This document shows positions 11,963 to 20,899 of a stretch of DNA of 64,000 nt, piece after piece. Within the stretch, counting starts at the first letter, position 1, and each line of letters opens with the position of its first letter. The translations under genes and the position numbers were made by a program. Source of the stretch: Acutalibacteraceae bacterium (lineage in GTDB: Bacteria > Bacillota > Clostridia > Oscillospirales > Acutalibacteraceae); the NCBI GenBank assembly GCA_045126895.1, contig JBGVPE010000020.1, forward strand, positions 60,306-124,305, in the 5' to 3' direction. The notes beneath the pieces are model-generated. The model saw nothing but the letters and a program-made list of their open reading frames with translations. It was not told where the DNA came from and searched no databases.

Positions 11963-12985
11963 TTATTCATATAATTGAGAAATTGCTTTTGCTCTTTCTC
12001 TTATGGCAACCCTCAACTCACGAGGGTTAATCACCTGCATATTTTCACCGTACTGCATTATCCACGAAACAAGACCTTCGCTAAGCTCAACATTAGCTTT
12101 GGCTATAAAATAGTCGTCACCGTCAAGCTTCAACGGAACATCTTCACCGAATTTTTCGAGAATTTCATCAATAAGCTGGTTTGAACAGCGCAGATATACA
12201 TCTCCGCTTTCACCGCTGAACATACTGAACAATCGGTTAGCGTAATCAGCTGAATCAAACTCATCTTTGTATTTTGAAACAGCTGAAAAATGTCTGCTTT
12301 TTGTATTGGTAATCTCAATGTTGTTAATTCGGTCTAATCGCACATGCATAAGATTATTATATTTAGGATTGTTGCAAATAAGATAATAGTGGTCATTTGA
12401 CCAGATCAACGCATAAGGGTTTACCACAAAAGTTTTCAATTCCATACGTGTAACATAACGCTTTTTTAATGTTCTTTTTGCATAGTCGAACTGCACCTGA
12501 ACATTTTTTTCAATAGCTTCATTAAGTACACGTATAATGTCATACAGCTCTTCGTTTGTACATTTTACACTTGAATTAACATAAACCTGATTAAGCAGAG
12601 TGTCTTCATTGGATTCACTTGTAAGAGCACCGATTTTACCTATGAGAGATTTTGTTTTTCTTGGCGAAATAAACTTTGCAGCTGAAACAGCATCCATAAG
12701 CAATCTTACCTCTGCCATCTCAAAATCTCTTTTATCAAGATAATATCCTCTTTTAGGTGAACGTACATTGACTATATCAAGCCCATATTCGCAAAGAGCC
12801 TCAATATCTTTGTAAATTGCTTTTCTCTCAACCTTTATGCCGTATTCTTCAAGCAGAATATCACAAAGCTCTTCTGCGCTGAAGGTATTATCTTTATCAC
12901 TTCGCCTGACAAAGATATCTTTAAGATAAAGAATTCTCGCCTTTTTGCCTTCTTTATTCATAACATCAATATTTAAGCTGAGCAT
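11963..12985 (-). CDS. HTH + WYL-domain transcriptional regulator
   Basis: N-terminal winged-helix region (ARILYLKDIF...ERKAIYKDIEALCEYGLDI). Central WYL-type block (VQFDYAKRT...FVVNPYALIWSNDHYYLI) plus a C-terminal extension. An alternative start at ATG 12961 (MNKEGKK...) would remove the 20-nt overlap with the upstream GH2 gene. Confidence 0.7.
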   Translation of the reverse strand: MLSLNIDVMNKEGKKARILYLKDIFVRRSDKDNTFSAEELCDILLEEYGIKVERKAIYKDIEALCEYGLDIVNVRSPKRGYYLDKRDFEMAEVRLLMDAVSAAKFISPRKTKSLIGKIGALTSESNEDTLLNQVYVNSSVKCTNEELYDIIRVLNEAIEKNVQVQFDYAKRTLKKRYVTRMELKTFVVNPYALIWSNDHYYLICNNPKYNNLMHVRLDRINNIEITNTKSRHFSAVSKYKDEFDSADYANRLFSMFSGESGDVYLRCSNQLIDEILEKFGEDVPLKLDGDDYFIAKANVELSEGLVSWIMQYGENMQVINPRELRVAIRERAKAISQLYE

Positions 12986-14723
12986 TTATAGCTCTTGCAA
13001 TTTCAGGGTCAATCTTGAGAATCTCTCTGTCATAAGTGAGCATACCGTTAACCTCAAATTCGACATCACTTACCTGTGTATAAACTGTTGCACAAAGACC
13101 TTTTTTAACAAGAGGGATAATCTGTTTCTCGTGCATTCTCTTGAATGCCTGAGAATATTTTTCAGGGTCAGTGTAGTTGATGTTGTAGCCGAAGCTCTTA
13201 CGGTCGTTAAACACATGACCTGAAATCTTGTAGCTCAATCCGCCGTATTCACTTAAAACAAACGGTCTGCCGTCAAGCTTTGGCATTGTAACAGGCACAA
13301 CGTATCTGTGCATACTCTTAAGCTCAGGACCTTTCTGGTCATGCCAACCGCTTGCATGGTCAACGATTCGGCTCGGGTCATAAGCCTTGACCTCTGTGCC
13401 GATTCTCTTAGCGTCAAACTGACCCCATGCTTCATTGAAAGGTACCCAACAGCCAATACAAGGGAAGTTGTAGAGATTATCAATCATACGGTACATTTCT
13501 TTTTCAAAGTCATCGCGTGCTTTTTTATCTGCCCTGCCAAACCATTTATAGTGATGGTCAGGGATGTTGGTAATAGTAATATTCGGGAAACCGCCCACAA
13601 TCATCATCGGAAGCTTCTCAACACCGCTTACCATATCCTGCCATACAATCATACCGATTCTGTCACAATGGTAATACCATCTTGCAGGTTCAACTTTGAT
13701 ATGCTTTCTGAGCATATTGAAGCCAAGATCTTTCATTGTCTGAATATCATAAACCATAGCTTCATCTGTAGGCGGAGTCAGACCGCCGTCACACCAATAT
13801 CCCTGATCAAGAAGTCCGCGCTGAAAATATGGTTCGTTATTAAGCATAAGACGAGGCAAACCTGCTGAATCTTTACCGATAGAGAACTTTCTCATGCCGA
13901 AGTAACTGCCGACAACGTCAAGCTCTGCACCGTTTTTATCAACAGCTTTAATTGTCAGATCATAAAGGAAAGGATTCTCAGGGCTCCATAATTTTGCATC
14001 AGGAACAAGGATATTTTCGTCACCTGAAATTGCACCGTCAAAGATAACCTTATCACCGTCTTTAACAGTTGCATATAAATCAGCTTCACCTGAAAGAGTT
14101 GTTTTAATATTGATAACAGACGCATCAATATCAGGTAAAAGCTTTATTTTTTCAATATGAACAGGGTTTACAGGTTCAAGCCAGACTGTCTGCCATATAC
14201 CTGTAGTTGATGTATACCAGAATCCGTGAGATTCTGTTGCCTGTTTACCTCTCGGCTGAACAGCCTGATCAGTAGGGTCAAAAACTCTCAGGTTAAGTGT
14301 ATTTTCACCGTCAACAAGATAATCGGTAATATCAAAGCTGAACGGGTCATAACCGCCTGTATGTTCACCGATTTGTCTGCCGTTTATATAAACTCTGCAG
14401 TACCAGTCAACAGCGTCAAAATTAAGTTTAACGCGTTTGCCGTCAAAGCAAGGGTCCAGAGTAAACTTCTTTTCATACCATAACAGATTCTCTTTGCTTA
14501 CCCTTCTTGCAACACCGGATAAATCACTTTCAACTGCAAAGGGCACAAGAATATCACCGTCAAAGGCTGACGGCATTTCATCAGTGATACCTGTTATTGC
14601 ATACTTGAATATTCCGTTAAGATTCTGCCAGTCTTTTCTGACAAACTGAGGTCTCGGATATTCCTGCAAAGGAGTTTTTGTAATTTTATCAGTCCAACGA
14701 GTTTTCATAGTATCATCCTCCAT
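12966..14723 (-). CDS. GH2-family glycoside hydrolase (585 aa; beta-galactosidase/glucuronidase-like)
   Basis: Sugar-binding N-terminal region (LNFDAVDWYCRVYINGRQIGEHTGGYDPFSFDIT). TIM-barrel motifs WVPFNEAWGQ and LSEYGG. No signal peptide. Confidence 0.8.
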   Translation of the reverse strand: MEDDTMKTRWTDKITKTPLQEYPRPQFVRKDWQNLNGIFKYAITGITDEMPSAFDGDILVPFAVESDLSGVARRVSKENLLWYEKKFTLDPCFDGKRVKLNFDAVDWYCRVYINGRQIGEHTGGYDPFSFDITDYLVDGENTLNLRVFDPTDQAVQPRGKQATESHGFWYTSTTGIWQTVWLEPVNPVHIEKIKLLPDIDASVINIKTTLSGEADLYATVKDGDKVIFDGAISGDENILVPDAKLWSPENPFLYDLTIKAVDKNGAELDVVGSYFGMRKFSIGKDSAGLPRLMLNNEPYFQRGLLDQGYWCDGGLTPPTDEAMVYDIQTMKDLGFNMLRKHIKVEPARWYYHCDRIGMIVWQDMVSGVEKLPMMIVGGFPNITITNIPDHHYKWFGRADKKARDDFEKEMYRMIDNLYNFPCIGCWVPFNEAWGQFDAKRIGTEVKAYDPSRIVDHASGWHDQKGPELKSMHRYVVPVTMPKLDGRPFVLSEYGGLSYKISGHVFNDRKSFGYNINYTDPEKYSQAFKRMHEKQIIPLVKKGLCATVYTQVSDVEFEVNGMLTYDREILKIDPEIARAINAQLKY

Positions 14724-14819
14724 ACCCCTCCATTTTAACCTAAATATTTTAAAAAGTCTATAGCAACACTTGAAAAACTGCAGTTTTATGTTATAATCAT
14801 TTTATCTGAAATTAAATAT

Positions 14820-14904
14820 GCGGGTATGGTGGAATTGGCAGACACGCAAGATTTAGGATCTTGTGCTTCCCGGCGTGCAGGTTCGACCCCTGTTACCCGC
14901 ACCA
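14820..14904 (+). tRNA. tRNA-Leu (anticodon TAG), class II with a long variable arm and encoded CCA
   Basis: Manual cloverleaf. Acceptor GCGGGTA/TACCCGC, anticodon stem CAAGA/TCTTG with loop TTTAGGA, variable arm GCTTCCCGGCGTGC, T-arm GGTTCGACCCC, 3' ACCA. Confidence 0.95.
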
Positions 14905-14907
14905 TGT

Positions 14908-14950
14908 AAAAAGCCTCTTTTGTCTTGGTAGACAAAAGAGGTTTTTTGTT
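14908..14950. terminator. Bidirectional rho-independent terminator
   Basis: 11-bp stem CCTCTTTTGTC / GACAAAAGAGG with a 6-nt loop. T-run downstream on the + strand and A-run upstream. It serves the tRNA and the convergent small operon. Confidence 0.85.
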
Positions 14951-14954
14951 TTAA

Positions 14955-15077
14955 TTAAAATCTTCTTTTGCACCTACAGACATATTTATTATCAAAGAAT
15001 ATTCCACGAACTAAACCGTACATTACTCCACCGACAAATAATCCAATCTTTCTTACTTTAGTTGACTTCCTTGACAT
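14955..15077 (-). CDS. Unannotated 40-aa cationic single-TM peptide (candidate)
   Basis: Below the ORF-track size cut-off. ATG 15077 sits 17 nt after the stop of the 115-aa gene, behind GAAGGTGAG. My translation is MSRKSTKVRKIGLFVGGVMYGLVRGIFFDNKYVCRCKRRF: 11 K/R versus 1 D, with a hydrophobic core. Confidence 0.35.
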   Translation of the reverse strand: MSRKSTKVRKIGLFVGGVMYGLVRGIFFDNKYVCRCKRRF

Positions 15078-15094
15078 TATCTCACCTTCAACAA

Positions 15095-15442
15095 TTAAAG
15101 TTTATACTGAATACGAAGCGTAGTTCCATTCCCTTTTGGTGGTTGATATAAAATTATATCTCCAGGATTCATACAATATCTCATTGCATTGCACACCTGA
15201 GGGTGTCTTTGCTTTAATCCTAATTCGTTATGAACATCTCCGGATCTTAGAACAATCTCACTTTTACCCGCCATTTTGGCAATTCTTTTTTGATCTTGGA
15301 TATAGTCTCTGATATCGTCGGTAGTCATCTTTTCTTCCACCTTTTCTTCGTTAGATGTTTGTTGCCCAATTAACATAGAGACTTGTTCTTCTAATGTTTG
15401 TATTCTGCCCAATAATTCAATAATAATTTTTTCATATTCCAT
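15095..15442 (-). CDS. Hypothetical 115-aa protein (N-terminal coiled coil plus a compact C-terminal domain)
   Basis: Clean ORF with a heptad-like N-terminus (IIELLGRIQTLEEQVSML) and C-terminal ...VLRSGDVHNELGLKQRHPQVCNAMRYCMNPGDIILYQPPKGNGTTLRIQYKL. I cannot assign a family. Confidence 0.55.
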   Translation of the reverse strand: MEYEKIIIELLGRIQTLEEQVSMLIGQQTSNEEKVEEKMTTDDIRDYIQDQKRIAKMAGKSEIVLRSGDVHNELGLKQRHPQVCNAMRYCMNPGDIILYQPPKGNGTTLRIQYKL

Positions 15443-15467
15443 TAACTACGCAGCTCCTTTTTAATAA

Positions 15468-15500
15468 TTCTATTAGAATTCTAACTCAATTCTAATAGAA
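15468..15500. promoter_or_regulatory. Perfect 13-bp inverted repeat (operator-like) upstream of the 115-aa gene
   Basis: TTCTATTAGAATT-ctaactc-AATTCTAATAGAA. It lies 26-58 nt upstream of start codon 15442. Confidence 0.5.
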
Positions 15501-15585
15501 AGTCAATATGTTTCAGAAATATTTTTCCACACTACTTTCACTTACTTTTACAGCCATTCTGCACCATATGGTTACTTTTTCGCAA

Positions 15586-15626
15586 AAGAAAACCACTGTT
15601 GATAAATATATCAACAGTGGTTTTTG
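15586..15626. terminator. Bidirectional rho-independent terminator after the metallophosphoesterase gene
   Basis: 14-bp stem AACCACTGTTGATA / TATCAACAGTGGTT with a 4-nt loop, flanked by A- and T-runs. Confidence 0.8.
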
Positions 15627-15642
15627 TATTCAGATAAAATCA

Positions 15643-16914
15643 TCAATCCGAATAAGTTACTTGTCTGCCGGTAACGTTTTCTATAAACTCACGATAAATA
15701 TCTGTTGCAAACTTCTGGAATTTGCCTTTAAAAGCAAACTCACGTGCCATTTGGTATGTGAATTTATCGCCGTTCTGTTTTTCTTCTTTCACAGTTTCAG
15801 AATTATATATATCAAATATACGTTCCACCCTTGTTTTATAAACGGAAGTATCATTTTCATCAACTTCAATCACACGGTATCCGCATTGTGTGGAATGAAA
15901 AAGACCTATATAACGCGTACTGAGAGAATTTACAATATCAATACCCTTATATTTAACACCAAAAGCGTTTGTGTGGTCATGACCCGAAAACATCGCAAGA
16001 ACATCACCCTGCTCTACCATTGCCTCAAACTGACCAAAATTCTTATAACCCGGGCAGGGATATTCTCTTATTGTTCCGTAATTCACACGCTCGGGGTCAA
16101 ACATATAATACTCGTCTTTATTGTATAAATGCTTGTATGAATACGACTTCCATGAGTCTGACTTCTTAAGTGCATCATAAATTTCACCCACAATTATATG
16201 CTGAAAAACAATAGAATTTACAGCTTCACCATTGTTTTCTGATCTGAGTCTGTCCGAAGTCTGTTTATACCATTCAATCTGATCAGCCTTAACGCAGCTG
16301 TACTTTCCGTCTTCATCATAATCACCTGTATCGAACACCCATAGATTGAAGCTCACCTTTTTGCCGTCAGACGAAAGTACGGGTATGTTATATGTACCGC
16401 ACCCTGAAAGAGAAGCACCGTCATCAACAGAAACAGAGCATGAAAAAGTGTTATAATAAGCCATCAATTCTTCTCTTGTCAATGCGCCTTGCTCTGAATC
16501 GTGATTGCCGAAGGTTACTGCAACAGGGATATTTCTTGAATCAAAAATATTCATCAGTGCATTTATCATCTTCTTTGTATCTTCAGCATTATCACAATTC
16601 ACAACATTATCGCCTGTCAACATAACAATATCCGGTTTTTCTGCATCGCAAGCTCTCTCAACCAACCAGATTGTAGGGTCAAAGTTATTGTTGAGATTCA
16701 AATGAGTATCTGTTATATGCAAAATTTTTAATTTGCCGTTCGGGGAAAATCTGATAGTTTTATCTGTCTGATTTTGCTTATCTGCAGAATTATAATCAAC
16801 CCCTGTGTATTCAGGTCTGAAAAAAGAAGATAATAACCCTGTTACTATAGCAATACACAGTATTGATGAGATTGCAATTATAATTCGTTTTTTCATCATG
16901 ACCCTCCAAAACAA
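15643..16914 (-). CDS. Membrane-anchored calcineurin-like metallophosphoesterase (paralog A)
   Basis: N-terminal TM helix. HITDTHL, GDNV, GNHD and GHDH metal-binding blocks. About 60% identical by eye to the 20900-22012 product. Confidence 0.85.
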   Translation of the reverse strand: MFWRVMMKKRIIIAISSILCIAIVTGLLSSFFRPEYTGVDYNSADKQNQTDKTIRFSPNGKLKILHITDTHLNLNNNFDPTIWLVERACDAEKPDIVMLTGDNVVNCDNAEDTKKMINALMNIFDSRNIPVAVTFGNHDSEQGALTREELMAYYNTFSCSVSVDDGASLSGCGTYNIPVLSSDGKKVSFNLWVFDTGDYDEDGKYSCVKADQIEWYKQTSDRLRSENNGEAVNSIVFQHIIVGEIYDALKKSDSWKSYSYKHLYNKDEYYMFDPERVNYGTIREYPCPGYKNFGQFEAMVEQGDVLAMFSGHDHTNAFGVKYKGIDIVNSLSTRYIGLFHSTQCGYRVIEVDENDTSVYKTRVERIFDIYNSETVKEEKQNGDKFTYQMAREFAFKGKFQKFATDIYREFIENVTGRQVTYSD

Positions 16915-17003
16915 GTTTTTGCATCAAACATTATATCATCTGCTCTGAAACAAATCAACAAAAACCACATTTGCCGGCAAGACAGATGTGGTTTGAATAT
17001 TTT

Positions 17004-18161
17004 TTATTTTACAGCGTTTTTGATTTTTTCTGCAAGGGCATTGATCTCTTCCTGTGTCCAATCAGGATCCATAAAAATATGAGCACAGCGCTTCATTATT
17101 TCAAGGCTCTTCTGACACTGGTCTTCAGAATATTCTACATGCTTATTGCATTCCATTCTGAACGGGTCCATAAGAGGATGAGCTGCACCTCTTTTTTCAA
17201 GAATAGGCTTCCAGTCATTATAGACATGTTTACCTGTAAATCCGGGTATGGTTGCTCCCACTTTCTCAGCAAAATCAAGGCACTTTTCAACTGTATCAAA
17301 TCGGAATGTTATTGCAATAGCACTATCGCCCTCATCATCATTACAGGGAGGATAATCAAATCCCTCACCCAAAGCCTGTTTAAGAAGTGCCTTGTTCTTT
17401 TTTAAATCAGCAACAATTCCGTCAAGCTTTTTAAACTGCTGACGAAGAATAGCAGATGTAACCTCACCCACACGGAATTCAGTGCCGCAGAAAGGCTCTG
17501 TTGAAAAGCCGTTCATCTGATCACCAAAATATGCAACGGCACTGCTGTCATGATAAATAAGTGCTTTTTCAAAAATCTCTTTATTATTTGTGAGAAGGGC
17601 ACCGCCTTCACCACCTGCGCTTATTATTTTAAAATAGTTGAAGCTCAGGGCAGCAGCATCACCTATTGTGCCGAGACGTTTGCCGTCAAATTTAGCACCG
17701 TTTGCCTGACAGGCATCTTCAAGCACAAAAAGATTATGCTTTTTGGCAACTTCCGTAATCGCCTTCATATTACAAGGGTAACCCATCATGTGAACAGGTA
17801 TAACTGCCTTTGTTCTTTCAGTTATTTTATTTTCAATATCTTCAGGGTCAATCATAAGAGTTTCATCAACTTCAGCTATAACAGGCATCGCACCTGCGCC
17901 GACAACTGCCATCGCAGTTGCAATATATGTATAAGCCGGCACAATAACTTCATCACCCGGACCGATGCCCATACCTACAAGTGCAGATACAAGCGCTGCA
18001 TAGCCAGAGGTCATAAGCACTGTATGATCAAGACCAAAAAGCTCTCTCATATCTTTCTCGCAATTTTCAGTTTCTTTTAAAGCATCGTTACATTTAAAAA
18101 GCTGTTTTGATTCTATAACTCTTGCAACTGCATCTATCTCTTCTTTACCGATTCTGAACAT
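17004..18161 (-). CDS. DegT/DnrJ/EryC1/StrS-family PLP-dependent aminotransferase
   Basis: 385 aa. Fold-type I blocks (VIVPAYTYIATA, DACQANGA, SFNYFKIISAGGEGGALL with the PLP Lys). Confidence 0.85.
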   Translation of the reverse strand: MFRIGKEEIDAVARVIESKQLFKCNDALKETENCEKDMRELFGLDHTVLMTSGYAALVSALVGMGIGPGDEVIVPAYTYIATAMAVVGAGAMPVIAEVDETLMIDPEDIENKITERTKAVIPVHMMGYPCNMKAITEVAKKHNLFVLEDACQANGAKFDGKRLGTIGDAAALSFNYFKIISAGGEGGALLTNNKEIFEKALIYHDSSAVAYFGDQMNGFSTEPFCGTEFRVGEVTSAILRQQFKKLDGIVADLKKNKALLKQALGEGFDYPPCNDDEGDSAIAITFRFDTVEKCLDFAEKVGATIPGFTGKHVYNDWKPILEKRGAAHPLMDPFRMECNKHVEYSEDQCQKSLEIMKRCAHIFMDPDWTQEEINALAEKIKNAVK

Positions 18162-18171
18162 AAATATTACC

Positions 18172-19476
18172 TCATCTGTCTAATTTTTCAATATTATCAA
18201 GGGTTCCTTTTATCAGGTAGTAATCAGCATCATCAACAGGGCATTGAACACCGTTATATTTAAACATTGTTACTTCATAACCGCCTCTGCAAAGCTGATC
18301 CTGAGTAGGAAAATAGCCTTTTGAGCCGTTTGCATTTGAAAGAGAAAGCACGTTTAGGTCTTTGACTGCTTTGTTTATTCTCATTCCGATTTCTGAAAAA
18401 AGTTCATAAGGGAAGCTTACAAAAGCAACATCACCTAATCTGATCACGCTCTGTGGTGTCTGATCAAACTCTTTCTCAACAAAATCAGTTTCATAAGATT
18501 CTTTAACTTTAGTAAAATAAACAGCCATCTGCTTATCTTTGTTAATTGAATCATGAGGATATTTCTGACAGCCTTCAACTGCTTCAGCACAAGAGATTCT
18601 TTTGCTATAAGGCAATTTTACATCTCCGCATACTGAAGAAACAGAAAAATCTTTATACACCTGAATATTTTTGAATATGTTTATAGCATCCTGTGCACCT
18701 ATATTGCCTATTTCATATATGTACGGAAGTTCTGCAGTTGTTGCTCCGTTTGAAAGTCTCGGTCCTACATCACCCTCAGGGCCGTTAAAGAATGCCGTTA
18801 TTGCTCCGCTTTCTTTTTCGAGAGCATCTGTCATAACGCCTGACCAATCACGGCTTATCTCTTTATTAACACCTGCACATGTTCCATGACAACCGTAATG
18901 AATTATATTGCCCACAACCTTCCCCTCTTCATTTTTAAAAGAGAGGACTGTCATTTGAGGATTATAAGGTGCCCATGCACATTGACCCAGATTCACAGTA
19001 TTATCAGTTTCAAGCTGACGGCGATTAACACCAAGATCACTTTTGCCGATACCTACACCAATCTGAACACTCTGCATATTCATCAGCGCTTCTTCAACCG
19101 CATTGAGAATACCGGGTTTCATAATATTTTCATAATAAGGTACATCAATCTCTCCCCAACCGGGCATATTGTTGGTTGATGGTCCTGAATGAGTATGGGT
19201 AGCACAAATTATGATACTGCCGACTTTCACATCATATTTTTTACTTATCAGCATTCTTAACTCATCAGTAAGGCTTGTATCAAGAAGACATACGCAAACT
19301 GTAACAAGTATTGCCTTTTCATCATTCTGAGAAAAAGCAAAAACAGTAGCCGTAAGATTATCATTGATACTTTCAGAATACAAATCAGGTCTGTAGCCAA
19401 AAAGATTGCAGCCTATTTCAGGAGTTATATCTTTTCTCGCTACACCTAACAAAACTTTATTATTCACAAACATCAC
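18172..19476 (-). CDS. Neutral/alkaline ceramidase N-terminal-domain-like amidohydrolase (cytoplasmic)
   Basis: 434 aa. ICATHTHSGP, HYGCHGT...NKEISRDWSG and FNGPEGDVGP parallel the ceramidase blocks (HTHSGP; HGT..N..IS.DN.G; GDVSP). No signal peptide. Confidence 0.6.
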   Translation of the reverse strand: MMFVNNKVLLGVARKDITPEIGCNLFGYRPDLYSESINDNLTATVFAFSQNDEKAILVTVCVCLLDTSLTDELRMLISKKYDVKVGSIIICATHTHSGPSTNNMPGWGEIDVPYYENIMKPGILNAVEEALMNMQSVQIGVGIGKSDLGVNRRQLETDNTVNLGQCAWAPYNPQMTVLSFKNEEGKVVGNIIHYGCHGTCAGVNKEISRDWSGVMTDALEKESGAITAFFNGPEGDVGPRLSNGATTAELPYIYEIGNIGAQDAINIFKNIQVYKDFSVSSVCGDVKLPYSKRISCAEAVEGCQKYPHDSINKDKQMAVYFTKVKESYETDFVEKEFDQTPQSVIRLGDVAFVSFPYELFSEIGMRINKAVKDLNVLSLSNANGSKGYFPTQDQLCRGGYEVTMFKYNGVQCPVDDADYYLIKGTLDNIEKLDR

Positions 19477-19494
19477 CTTCAGTTTGATCGCACT

Positions 19495-20754
19495 TTATTT
19501 TTTTATATTATTTTTCAAAAGAATATGTGATAAATAATCTTTATAATAATGATGGTCCTGGCTGGTATAAAGAGTAGCTTTGCCGGATAGCACAAAACAA
19601 ATTACACATACGAGAGCAAAAAGGTGGAGGTTACCTCCCCCGAACATCTCTACACTCAACACAACAGATGCCAACGGTGATTTTGTTACTGCGCAAAACA
19701 GACCGATAAGACCTAATGCTGCGCAAAATCCCGGGTCTGCACCTAACAGTGTGCCCAAAGTGCAGCCGCACGTTGCGCCTATACAAAAAACAGGAACAAT
19801 CTCCCCGCCCTTGAAACCTGCCGCAAGGGTAATTGCCGTAAAAATAAGCTTTAAAATAAAATCATACCAATCAGCCTTACCATTTATTGCATCAAGAGCC
19901 ATATTCATACCTGCACCGTTGTATCGCTGGTCACCAACCAGAGCAGTGCCGATAATCACTACCACAGCACCTGTCAGGATTCTTATCCATTGATTCGGAA
20001 TAACCTTTGATGCAAGATGCTCACTGAAGTGAAAAATCCTGCACAGCAAAATTCCAACCAAAGATATCACAACCGCCACAATTCCAAATTTCCAAAAATT
20101 ATCCAAACCTAATTGCACGGTGCTTATTGCAGCTGTTTCTGCATGAACTCCAAGCTTGGCAGAAACCAGACTTGCCATATATGATGACAAATAACACTGT
20201 AACAGCGTGGGTGAAAAGATTGAGCCTACAGACACAACCTCAGCGGTAAAAATTGCAGCAGTCAGAGGTGTACCGAAAAGACCTGCAAAAACAGCACTCA
20301 TACCGCATCTGATTAAAACAGTTCTTTCCTGAGTCTTCAGGTGAAAAATATCAGCACAGGCTGAAGCTACACTGCCGCCTATCTGAAGGGCAGCACCTTC
20401 ACGGCCGCACGACCCGCCAAAAAGGTGTGTAATTGCCGTTGCTGTGAATATTGCAGGAGCAATCAAAGGCTTGACCGGTTTATTATTGGCAACATCATAA
20501 ATAATTTCATCTGTGCCGTGGTTATCTTTAAGCTTAAGTATTCTGTAAAGACCTACACTGAGAATACCGCCCACAGGCAACAGAAAAATGAGCCAGTTAT
20601 TATCACTTCTCAATTCTGTAACATACCCTAACACATGGTGAAACGCTGCACCTAAGGCACCGCCGATACAACCGATAGCCGTACCCAACAGCAACCACCT
20701 GAGCACCGGTATTATATATTTTTTAATTTGCTTCATATCTGTTATCCTACTCAA
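19495..20754 (-). CDS. CLC-family anion channel/antiporter, short form without CBS domains
   Basis: 419 aa and polytopic. GSCGREGAALQIGG (gating Glu) and KGGEIVPVF blocks. The short length and the GGE(I/V)xP-type motif are reminiscent of the fluoride-type CLC-F subclass, with low certainty. Confidence 0.85.
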   Translation of the reverse strand: MSRITDMKQIKKYIIPVLRWLLLGTAIGCIGGALGAAFHHVLGYVTELRSDNNWLIFLLPVGGILSVGLYRILKLKDNHGTDEIIYDVANNKPVKPLIAPAIFTATAITHLFGGSCGREGAALQIGGSVASACADIFHLKTQERTVLIRCGMSAVFAGLFGTPLTAAIFTAEVVSVGSIFSPTLLQCYLSSYMASLVSAKLGVHAETAAISTVQLGLDNFWKFGIVAVVISLVGILLCRIFHFSEHLASKVIPNQWIRILTGAVVVIIGTALVGDQRYNGAGMNMALDAINGKADWYDFILKLIFTAITLAAGFKGGEIVPVFCIGATCGCTLGTLLGADPGFCAALGLIGLFCAVTKSPLASVVLSVEMFGGGNLHLFALVCVICFVLSGKATLYTSQDHHYYKDYLSHILLKNNIKK

Positions 20755-20834
20755 AGTTTTTAGAAATTATATCACAATTGTTTTTTAACTGCAATATTAT
20801 CTGAAAATATATGATTTATAAAAATCTTTATGCA

Positions 20835-20863
20835 TTGAAAACAGCGGATTTTTATGTTAAACT
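20835..20863 (+). promoter_or_regulatory. Putative sigma-A promoter for metallophosphoesterase paralog B
   Basis: TTGAAA, 17 nt, TAAACT, with TG just upstream of the -10. Confidence 0.4.
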
Positions 20864-20899
20864 TTTATAGTATTTATTTTAATATTAAGAGGTATTATT

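Noticed and set aside
12961-12985. Apparent 20-nt overlap between the GH2 stop and the WYL regulator start
   Set aside because: This is start-codon ambiguity (ATG 12985 versus ATG 12961), not a feature in itself. Neither start has a strong RBS, so both are noted in the feature entry.
14820-15642. Integrated mobile element at the tRNA-Leu 3' end
   Set aside because: There is no integrase or recombinase, I could find no direct repeat of the tRNA 3' end, and the segment is only about 0.7 kb. I treated it as a small accessory module rather than a mobile element.
15508-16128. 206-aa + strand ORF, plus several similar 60-190-aa ORFs antisense to the metallophosphoesterase, DegT, GH2 and polC genes
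   Set aside because: They lie antisense to, or in an alternative frame of, strongly supported genes. Their composition is hydrophobic and Cys/Phe-rich, as is typical of AT-rich non-coding frames, and they have no RBS.
20755-20899. Fluoride (crcB-motif) riboswitch upstream of the CLC gene
   Set aside because: The upstream 145 nt are uniformly AT-rich, with no GGCGAUGG...CUGAUGAUGCC-like elements. The CLC-F assignment therefore stays tentative.
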